A stretch of 32,000 nt of DNA, from NCBI RefSeq assembly GCF_005696695.1, contig NZ_CP040006.1, forward strand, positions 390,001 through 422,000, written 5' to 3'. The stretch is from Schaalia odontolytica (GTDB taxonomy: Bacteria; Actinomycetota; Actinomycetes; Actinomycetales; Actinomycetaceae). The position numbers and the translations under genes were made by a program. Below are positions 16,390-23,170 of this stretch, one piece after another; the first letter of the stretch is position 1, and the number at the start of each line of letters is the position of its first letter. The notes under the pieces are model-generated. The model was given only the letters and a program-made list of their open reading frames with translations, had not been told where the DNA came from and did not search any database.

Positions 16390-17607
16390 ATGATGCGGTC
16401 GGCCGGTCGGTCCCGAGGCCTGCGTGCCCTCTCCGTTCTGGCATCGGCCTGTGCCCTGGCCCTGACGGCCGTGCTCTCGCCCGTCGCCCCTGCTGCCCCT
16501 GCGACAGCGGTGGATCGAGAGCTTACGGCAGCTGACCAGGCCTACTATTCGCGCTACAACCTGGAGGCGCTGCGCGCCCAGGGGTACACGGGCGAGGGCG
16601 TGATTATCGCGGTCATCGACGGGCGTATTGACACGTCCATTCCCGAGCTGCAGGGTGCGGACATCGTCGACAAGAGTACGTGCGACGTAGGAGCCGACGC
16701 CGAGCAGGACGAGCATGCGACGTTCATTGCGCAGCTCCTGGTCGCCCCGGCCTTCGGCGTTGCGCCGAAGGCCACCATCTATAACTATCGGAATGCCCTA
16801 AGCGTTAATCAGGGTAGCGACGACTGCACAACGGTATGGAATCTCCCGACGGGACGAGCCCGTACGGAATACCTCATCGAACAGGCGATCAACGACGGTG
16901 CTGACATTATCGCGATCTCCTCCAGCTACGCGGATTCTCACAATTCATCGATGCGCTGGGCTATTTCTCGCGCGACTGTGACGGGTGTTCCAATCGTTGC
17001 ATCCGTCGGTAACGACAGCGAGTACAACCCCGATGACGAACTGGGTATGTGGGGAGGAGTCATCGGTGTCGCTGCGCTCGAGCAGGATGGCACCGTTGCC
17101 GACTACTCGAACTATGGAGACGGGGTAACACTCGCGGCGATTGGTGAAATCAATGGGCGTTCGTCAATCGACGGTAAGCTCTACAAGACAAGCGGAACAT
17201 CGTACGCTTCGCCCATGGTTGCTGGTTTCCTGGCCCTCGCGTGGCAGCGTTTTGGTGGTGGTGAGGTGAGCGTGTACCAGGTTCTTCAGGCCGTGCTGGC
17301 GACCGCGTGGGGGACGAATGGGCAGTGGAACGAGCGCACGGGTTACGGTGAGATCAACCCGGCGGCTTTGCTGGCCGCCGATCCGTCGCAGTACTCGGAG
17401 GAGAATCCGCTGCTGGAGAAGGGCAGTCGCTTTGCCTTCCATGAGGATGACGTCTACGACTACTACTACGGGCTGGCGAATCCGCGCGAGGTCCTGAACG
17501 ACGACTGGTACGTGTACCGTGGTGTGGATGAGGAGGGTGCTCTGTCCGAAGGGCAGGGGTACGAGGTTCACCTGGGGACGAGCCCGCTCTATCACAACCA
17601 GGGATGA
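16390..17607 (+). CDS. Secreted S8 subtilase, paralogue 2, no C-terminal TM anchor
   Basis: Signal peptide MMRSAGRSRGLRALSVLASACALALTAVLSPVAPAAPATA. Motifs are IAVIDGRI, DEHATFIAQ and SGTSYASP. The tail is NDDWYVYRGVDEEGALSEGQGYEVHLGTSPLYHNQG. AAGGAA lies upstream. Confidence 0.85.
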   Translation: MMRSAGRSRGLRALSVLASACALALTAVLSPVAPAAPATAVDRELTAADQAYYSRYNLEALRAQGYTGEGVIIAVIDGRIDTSIPELQGADIVDKSTCDVGADAEQDEHATFIAQLLVAPAFGVAPKATIYNYRNALSVNQGSDDCTTVWNLPTGRARTEYLIEQAINDGADIIAISSSYADSHNSSMRWAISRATVTGVPIVASVGNDSEYNPDDELGMWGGVIGVAALEQDGTVADYSNYGDGVTLAAIGEINGRSSIDGKLYKTSGTSYASPMVAGFLALAWQRFGGGEVSVYQVLQAVLATAWGTNGQWNERTGYGEINPAALLAADPSQYSEENPLLEKGSRFAFHEDDVYDYYYGLANPREVLNDDWYVYRGVDEEGALSEGQGYEVHLGTSPLYHNQG

Positions 17608-17673
17608 GCGGGCCGTGAGCCGCGACGCCCTCGCGAATGTTGAAACGCCTCGATGAAAGGAATAGACAAGACG

Positions 17674-18879
17674 ATGCGATCGATTGGTCGATCCCGAGGC
17701 CTGCGTGCCCTCTCCGTTATGGCCTCGGCCTGCGCGCTGGCCCTGACGGCCGTGCTCTCGCCCGTCGCTCCCGCTGCCCCCGCAGAGGCGGTGGATCGCA
17801 AGGTGACAGCGGCGGATGAGGCGTACTATTCGCGCTACAACCTTGCGTCCTTGCATGCGCAGGGGAAGAGGGGGGATGGAGTCATCATCGCGCTCATTGA
17901 TGGTCGCGTCGATACGTCGATTCCGGAGTTGCAAGGGGCTGATATTCAAGACAAGACCCCGTGTCAGGTCACGCCCGATGCGGAGTCGAACGATCATGCG
18001 ACATTTCTCGCTCAGCTTCTGGTCGCCCCGGACTTCGGAGTCGCTCCCGGTGCGACACTCTACAGCTACGCCCAGGCGGGTTCGACGAGAGAAGCGGGCG
18101 GAGACTGCAACCTAGGGGCGCGTTCAACAGCCTATGCAGATCAATCCGTGCTGATTGAACAGGCCTTGAATGACGGCGTGGACATCATCTCGATCTCTTC
18201 CAACTATGCGTCCAGGGACAGCGAATCATTGAAATGGGCAGTTGCACGCGCTGCCGTCGACGGCGTGCCAATTGTTGGTTCGATGGGTAATGACGGAGAG
18301 CGTAATCGCACGGATCGCGTGGGGGCCTGGGGTTCGGTTGTTGGTGTTGGGGCACTTGAAACTGATGGGCGCTATGCGGACTACTCAAACTACGGTGATG
18401 GGGTCTCCATCGCCGCAGTGGGAGAGATGATTGCGCGTCAGGCCAGCACCAATAAAATCGTGACAACAGCGGGTACTTCGAACTCCGCACCTTTGGTTGC
18501 GGGAGTGCTAGCCCTGGCGTGGTCCGACTTTGATGACGGAGTGACGGGGTATCAGATTCTGCAGGCGCTGGTTGCGACCGCGAGCGGGTCGGGTGGCAAA
18601 TGGAACGATCGGACCGGTTATGGCGAGGTTGATCCAGCGGCCCTGTTGGCGTCTGATCCGTCGCGGTATCCAGACGAGAACCCCTTCGAAGAGAAGCAGG
18701 GTGATTCCGTCGTGACTCCGGATGATATCGATGATTACGACGATGGGCTCGTCAACCCGAGCTCCGTTTATAACGACGACACGTATGTGTACCGGGGCCT
18801 CGATGAGCAGGTGGTGACTTCGGGCGCGTCCGGTTACCCGGCTCACCTTGGTACGAGCCCCCGCTACCACGCGCAGTGA
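17674..18879 (+). CDS. Secreted S8 subtilase, paralogue 3, no C-terminal TM anchor
   Basis: Track ORF 17653..18879. I trimmed the start to the ATG at 17674 (MRSIGRSRGLRAL...) by alignment with paralogue 2 and the upstream GAAAGGAA. Motifs are IALIDGRV, NDHATFLAQ and AGTSNSAP. The tail is NDDTYVYRGLDEQVVTSGASGYPAHLGTSPRYHAQ. Confidence 0.85.
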   Translation: MRSIGRSRGLRALSVMASACALALTAVLSPVAPAAPAEAVDRKVTAADEAYYSRYNLASLHAQGKRGDGVIIALIDGRVDTSIPELQGADIQDKTPCQVTPDAESNDHATFLAQLLVAPDFGVAPGATLYSYAQAGSTREAGGDCNLGARSTAYADQSVLIEQALNDGVDIISISSNYASRDSESLKWAVARAAVDGVPIVGSMGNDGERNRTDRVGAWGSVVGVGALETDGRYADYSNYGDGVSIAAVGEMIARQASTNKIVTTAGTSNSAPLVAGVLALAWSDFDDGVTGYQILQALVATASGSGGKWNDRTGYGEVDPAALLASDPSRYPDENPFEEKQGDSVVTPDDIDDYDDGLVNPSSVYNDDTYVYRGLDEQVVTSGASGYPAHLGTSPRYHAQ

Positions 18880-19013
18880 ATGATTCCCATGAGCGAGCAA
18901 TCACTCGCAAATACTGAACGTATTGGTGACTTCCGGTCGCCATAGAGGCGGTCTTACCGTCTCGGTACATGAAGTGGTGCACGTGCGCCAAGGAACTCAG
19001 TTAGGATAACCGT

Positions 19014-19409
19014 ATGGTAGAGACGATGGGGAGCACCCCCGAAGAAGTAAGGCAGACTATCCGGGCTCAGATGGAAGCCGCTGAAAAGCGTGCCGAGAAT
19101 GCCCGTGAACTCGTCGAGATTCTCAAGACAGCGAAGACGCGTGGCGTCGACGCTCAGGGCGACGTTGAGGTCGAAATCGACTCGGACGGTCGACTCGTGA
19201 AGCTGTCGATCGATGATGACGCGCTCCAGGGAAGTGCGCGTGAACTCGAGGACTCGATCATGGAGGCCTACGCCGACGCCGGTCGCAACATGCGTGACTA
19301 CGTGCGCATGCAGACCACCCAGCGGTTCGGCGAGGACGGTGGCTCGCTCGGCGGCTACCTCGAGACTATTTCCTCGAACCTTGGTTCCCTCGGAGCGGGT
19401 CAGCGATGA
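19014..19409 (+). CDS. YbaB/EbfC-fold protein (EspL-like ESX-associated protein)
   Basis: 131 aa. It has an N-terminal helix (EEVRQTIRAQMEAAEKRAENARELVEILKTAKTRG), then GDVEVEIDSDGRLVKLSIDDDAL....LEDSIMEAYADA. This is the YbaB-like pattern. AGGA lies upstream. Confidence 0.65.
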   Translation: MVETMGSTPEEVRQTIRAQMEAAEKRAENARELVEILKTAKTRGVDAQGDVEVEIDSDGRLVKLSIDDDALQGSARELEDSIMEAYADAGRNMRDYVRMQTTQRFGEDGGSLGGYLETISSNLGSLGAGQR

Positions 19410-20740
19410 GCGCGGATCTTGGCGTCAATACAGAAGTAATCCGTGATCATGCGACCACGGTGAGTGACTGTGCGTCGACCCTCGACGAGAGCGTGGGCGT
19501 CGCCAACTCGACGAAGGGCCAGGTCAACGGCAACGCCTTCGGCCTGATCTGTTCCTTCTTCGTTTCCCCGGTCAATGAGCAGATCACGAACCTCACGAAG
19601 ATGATCTCGGACTGCTCCGCAGCCGAGAAGCGTCTTGTCAACTGCCTGCTCCAGTGGGCGCAGGAGATGGACGATCTTGAGCAAGACATCGTTGGGGATC
19701 TGCAGAAAATCCAAGGCGCCGTGGGCACATACACTAAGCCTATTGGCAACGGCGGCGACGGCGGAAACGGCGGTGCCGGTGGCGCTGGCGGTGCCGGTGG
19801 TGCCGGTGGCGCTGGTGGAGCTGGCGGTGCCGGTGGAGCTGGCGGTGCCGGTGGAGCTGGCGGATATGGCGGCGGCGGAGGTGGCGGCGGCTTCGGCGGC
19901 GGAGGCGGCTACGGTGGTGGCGGCGGCTTCGGCGGCGGAGGCGGCACCGGCGGTGGTGGCGGCTTCGGTGGTGGCGGCGGCTACGGTGGTGGCGGCGGCC
20001 TGGGCGGCCTCAGCGGACAGTCCACAATGCCCTCCCTCTCACACAACCCCGGCCTCGGTGATGACTCCGCAAAGGACGGTAAGGACGGGCACGACGGTAA
20101 GGACGGGCAGGACGGCAAGGATGGTAAGGAAGGCAAGGACGGCCAGTCCGGTAACTCCTTCGACAGCCTCCTCGGCGGCCACGACAAGCTCAACGCCGAC
20201 GACGACGAACTGCGTCGCTTCCTCGAGAAGCAGCGCGACGACGAAAACACCGATCTTGCCGAGTTCTACGAGCGCCAGAAGGAAGACCAGAACGAGGCGC
20301 TCGCGCGCTACGCTGAGGCGCACCCCGGTGAGGACATCTCCGAGGTCAAGAGCCTCATCGAGTCCAACCAGCAGGAGCAGCAGGACGCGATGACGGACTT
20401 CCTGTCGCGCCAGCGCACCGAAGAAGAAACCCAGATCCGCCAGTACGTGAAGGACAACCCGCAGGCAACGTCCCGCGAGTTCGACGCCTTCATGTCGAAG
20501 CAGCGCAACGACCAGCAGGCCAGCTACCGCAGCTTCGTCGAGGAGCAGGAGAAGGCTCAGTCCTCCCGTATCGAAGAGTTCTCGAAGGCTCACCCCGATA
20601 CGAAGACGGACGACGTGCGTTCGCTGTTCGACCGGCAGGATGACCACGGCGATAAGGACATCGAAACGTTCCTGTATCGTCAGCGCCAGGATGAAGAACG
20701 CACGCTGCGTCGCTTCCTGTTTGAAGGAGTTCAGAAGTGA
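19406..20740 (+). CDS. Mosaic putative T7SS substrate: EspC/DUF2580-like N-terminal domain, poly-Gly tract, collagen-like GXY run and acidic helical repeats
   Basis: The ATG overlaps the upstream stop (ATGA). The N-terminus MSADLGVNTEVIRDHATTVSDCASTLDES...GNAFGLICSFFVSPV resembles the 'type VII secretion target' AYGLLCxF motif. Next come GGAGGAGGAGG... and GGGGG[YF] repeats. Then KDGKDGHDGKDGQDGKDGKEGKDGQSG. Then about 7 repeats of the type FLEKQRDDENTDLAEF or FLSRQRTEEETQIRQY. Confidence 0.7.
   Translation: MSADLGVNTEVIRDHATTVSDCASTLDESVGVANSTKGQVNGNAFGLICSFFVSPVNEQITNLTKMISDCSAAEKRLVNCLLQWAQEMDDLEQDIVGDLQKIQGAVGTYTKPIGNGGDGGNGGAGGAGGAGGAGGAGGAGGAGGAGGAGGAGGYGGGGGGGGFGGGGGYGGGGGFGGGGGTGGGGGFGGGGGYGGGGGLGGLSGQSTMPSLSHNPGLGDDSAKDGKDGHDGKDGQDGKDGKEGKDGQSGNSFDSLLGGHDKLNADDDELRRFLEKQRDDENTDLAEFYERQKEDQNEALARYAEAHPGEDISEVKSLIESNQQEQQDAMTDFLSRQRTEEETQIRQYVKDNPQATSREFDAFMSKQRNDQQASYRSFVEEQEKAQSSRIEEFSKAHPDTKTDDVRSLFDRQDDHGDKDIETFLYRQRQDEERTLRRFLFEGVQK
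19745..20016 (+). repeat. GGN-codon microsatellite-like tract (9-bp and about 18-bp sub-periods) encoding the poly-Gly region
   Basis: The DNA reads GGCGGTGCCGGTGGCGCTGGCGGTGCCGGTGGTGCCGGTGGCGCTGGTGGAGCTGGCGGTGCCGGTGGAGCT..., followed by GGCGGCGGAGGCGGCTACGGTGGTGGCGGCGGCTTC-type units. Confidence 0.8.
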
Positions 20741-21957
20741 GCGTCGAATCCCCCGAATTCACACCGAGTATCGACAACACCACCCCGACCGAGGGCCTGG
20801 GTATCGTCGACGAGCTGTACAACGTCGCCCAGGACCTGCGCGCCGGCGAGGTGAACAACCTCGTCGATTCAGCGAAGGCAATTTACGAGGAAGCAGCCGG
20901 GCTCGCCGTTGACCCTATCGGTGGTCTCGTCGGTATGGGCGTCGAGTGGATCTTGCAGCACATCGATCCCCTCAAGACCTGGGTGAACCAGCTGACCGGC
21001 GACTCGGCTCAGGTGTACGGCATGAGCTCCAGCTGGGACTCCATCTCGAGCTCCCTCGCCTCCGTTGCTGAAGAGCTGCAGTCCACCGCACAGGCCGCGA
21101 TGTCCGGCATGCACGGCGAAGCAGTGCGCGCGTACCTGGAGCGCCAGGCCGTCGTCACCAGTGCGATCGACGGCGTCTCTGCTGCGTCTGGTGCCTTCGG
21201 CGAGGCGCTCACGAAGGTGGCAGACTCCGTCGACAGCATCCATGACGCCGTCGTGGGCGCCATCGGCGATATCGTTGGCAGCTGTGTTTCCGCAGCGGCC
21301 GAGGTAATCTTCACCGCTGGTCTTGCAGCTCCCGCCGCCGAAGCGCAGGTTGCCAGTAAGGTCGCCAAGTGGGTCGGACTCATCGGCCCTGTCCTGGATG
21401 TCCTCATGGAAGCCGTTCAGGCCATCATGGCGATCTACGCCGTCATGACCTCGGTCGGCGAGAACCTGACCCGCGGCGTCGAGCACATCGGCGAGCAGTG
21501 CCAGGCCCCCGGCGGCGGCTGCTGCGGCGAGGGACACAGCAAGGGCGGCGAGGGCTACGAGCTGCGCGACGGAAGAAACGTGTACGTCGACGGCGATAAC
21601 AACGGCACCATCGTGAACGGTGACGTCAATATCGAGGAAGACAATCACACGGAGATCAACCCCAGTATCGAGCTCAGCCCCGAAATCAATATCGAGCACG
21701 AGCACGAAGAGCACCACCACCACGGTAAGCACGACGGGGGCGACGACTCTTCGCACGACAAATCGCACGGTCGCAAGGCACCGCACGAGCAGCAGCACAA
21801 CGGCGCTAGTGAGCGCGGAACTCGCCCGCGCAAACAGCACGGAGGCAACCACGACAGCGGAAACGATGGGAATCACCATCGTCACAAGGGTGGCAGCAGC
21901 CACGATGGCAGTGGACACCGCCCTCGTCGCCCCCACCATCATCGCCGGCCTCACTGA
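20737..21957 (+). CDS. Putative large T7SS substrate: WXG100-like/T7SS-signal-type N-terminal domain, hydrophobic helices and a Cys- and His-rich C-terminal tail
   Basis: The GTG at 20737 overlaps the upstream stop (GTGA), with GAAGGAG 7 nt upstream. The N-terminus is VDPIGGLVGMGVEWILQHIDPLKTWVNQLTGDSAQVYGMSSSWDSISSSL...MHGEAVRAYLERQ. This matches the G-x-G-W-L-x-x-H-x-x-P-L...L-x-G-D...W...G-x-A-x-x-A-Y pattern of large actinobacterial WXG-like substrates. The hydrophobic stretch is WVGLIGPVLDVLMEAVQAIMAIYAVMTSVG. The tail has 22 His in the last ~86 aa (HEHEEHHHHGKH...RPHHHRRPH). Confidence 0.7.
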   Translation: MSVESPEFTPSIDNTTPTEGLGIVDELYNVAQDLRAGEVNNLVDSAKAIYEEAAGLAVDPIGGLVGMGVEWILQHIDPLKTWVNQLTGDSAQVYGMSSSWDSISSSLASVAEELQSTAQAAMSGMHGEAVRAYLERQAVVTSAIDGVSAASGAFGEALTKVADSVDSIHDAVVGAIGDIVGSCVSAAAEVIFTAGLAAPAAEAQVASKVAKWVGLIGPVLDVLMEAVQAIMAIYAVMTSVGENLTRGVEHIGEQCQAPGGGCCGEGHSKGGEGYELRDGRNVYVDGDNNGTIVNGDVNIEEDNHTEINPSIELSPEINIEHEHEEHHHHGKHDGGDDSSHDKSHGRKAPHEQQHNGASERGTRPRKQHGGNHDSGNDGNHHRHKGGSSHDGSGHRPRRPHHHRRPH

Positions 21958-22081
21958 TCGGACGCTCCGGTCCTCTGGTGACCGACGGTGCCCTGCGCGC
22001 CGACGGGAGCCAGAGGCCGGGGATGCGCTCTGCCTCGCCGCATGAGCGTGAACGGCCTCGGCCTCGTCCTCACGTGACGAT

Positions 22082-22119
22082 AGGAGGGCCCCGCACAGAT
22101 CACTGTGTGGGGCCCTCCT
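22082..22119. terminator. Bidirectional hairpin between the convergent T7SS cargo operon and trkA
   Basis: AGGAGGGCCCCGCACA, then gatcac, then TGTGTGGGGCCCTCCT. This is a 16-bp stem with one G-U pair. There is no U-tract. Confidence 0.55.
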
Positions 22120-22132
22120 GCGTAAAGACCGC

Positions 22133-22810
22133 CTACGGCCTATTCGCGAAGTACTCCAGCAGATGCGAGTCGCCCGACACGATGATCTCGTCGTCAGCAT
22201 TAATGCGCGTTGACGAGTCCGCGTATTCGAAGCGCTGCTTGGGACGGCGGATTGCCAGCACGTTCACGCCGTAGCGGCCGCGCAGGTCGAGTTCCTCGAG
22301 GGAGAAGCCGCGCACCTCCTGGGGCGGGCGCAACTTCATGATGGAGAAGCCATCCTTCTCCATCTCGATGTAGTCGACCATGCGCCCACCCACCAGGTGC
22401 GCTGTACGCTTGCCTGCGTCCAGGTCTGGGTAGACGACATGGTGGGCACCCACGCGGCGGAGGATGCGGCCATGCTGAGAAGACGTCGCCTTCACCCAGA
22501 TCGAAGAAATACCCATGTCAACCAGGTTTGCGGTGATGAGCACCGCCGCCTCCAGCGAGGAACCCACGCCGACAACGGCACTACGGAACTCCCGCGCCCC
22601 GAGCTGCTCGAGCGCATCCTTGGACGTCGCATCCGCCTCGACGAGCGGGAATCGACCCGCGAAAGCCTGCACGCGGGCGGGGTTCTTTTCGACGGCCAGG
22701 ATCTCGTAGCCCAGCTGGTCCTGCGTCACCGCGACGGCGGAGCCGAAACGGCCCAGCCCGATGACGAGCGTTCCCGACTGGAGTTCCTTTGACTCGCGTT
22801 CATCTGCCAT
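22133..22810 (-). CDS. trkA: Potassium uptake protein TrkA/KtrA (RCK, NAD-binding)
   Basis: Rossmann motif LVIGLGRFGSAVA, followed by an RCK_C-like C-terminus (FSLEELDLRGRYGVNVLAIRR...DDEIIVSGD). I prefer the start at the ATG at 22810 (MADERESK) over the TTG at 22840; the choice is uncertain. Confidence 0.9.
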   Translation of the reverse strand: MADERESKELQSGTLVIGLGRFGSAVAVTQDQLGYEILAVEKNPARVQAFAGRFPLVEADATSKDALEQLGAREFRSAVVGVGSSLEAAVLITANLVDMGISSIWVKATSSQHGRILRRVGAHHVVYPDLDAGKRTAHLVGGRMVDYIEMEKDGFSIMKLRPPQEVRGFSLEELDLRGRYGVNVLAIRRPKQRFEYADSSTRINADDEIIVSGDSHLLEYFANRP

Positions 22811-23170
22811 GCCCCCATTCTTCCCTGCGTGCGCCCCCAACGCGAACGCTGCGGCCGTGAGCGTGGTTTAGTGAGTCGACGTGGATGCGTTGGTGAGCAT
22901 GATGGTGCCTGCGAACAGCTCAGGGGCGAATGATCTGTGGCGCGAGGATTGTGGCGTGAGGATGTTGCTGTGGTGCAAGGGGATGGCGTTCAGCCTAGTT
23001 CAATGGGGCTGGCCAGGTTCGTTGCGGTAGCGGTGTCGGTATCTGGTCGGTGCGCGTGAAACACGCGTGAAACATCGACTGGGATTCGCATATCGGGGCG
23101 AGAGAACCAGTCAAAGAGAGATAGCTTCGTGCCGCGCTCGGTTCGCGGTGGCAGTGATGTCGGCTCGCGC

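Noticed and set aside
16180-18879. YxxxD (YRGVD / YRGLD) in the conserved C-terminal tails of the anchorless subtilases as a T7SS secretion signal
   Set aside because: These proteins have clear N-terminal Sec-type signal peptides. One paralogue has YRGVN instead. The motif is short and not placed after a helix-turn-helix WXG-like fold, so it is most likely coincidental.
19635-20393. 252-aa Ala/Val/Thr-rich plus-strand ORF overlapping the poly-Gly region in another frame
   Set aside because: It is an off-frame reading of the GGN repeat tract. The 19406 frame is coupled to the upstream gene and continues into structured repeats.
20869-22200. 443-aa minus-strand ORF opposite the His-rich protein gene and running into trkA
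   Set aside because: It has no motifs and crosses the strong convergent hairpin at 22082-22119. The plus-strand frame is coupled to the upstream gene and has a WXG-like head.
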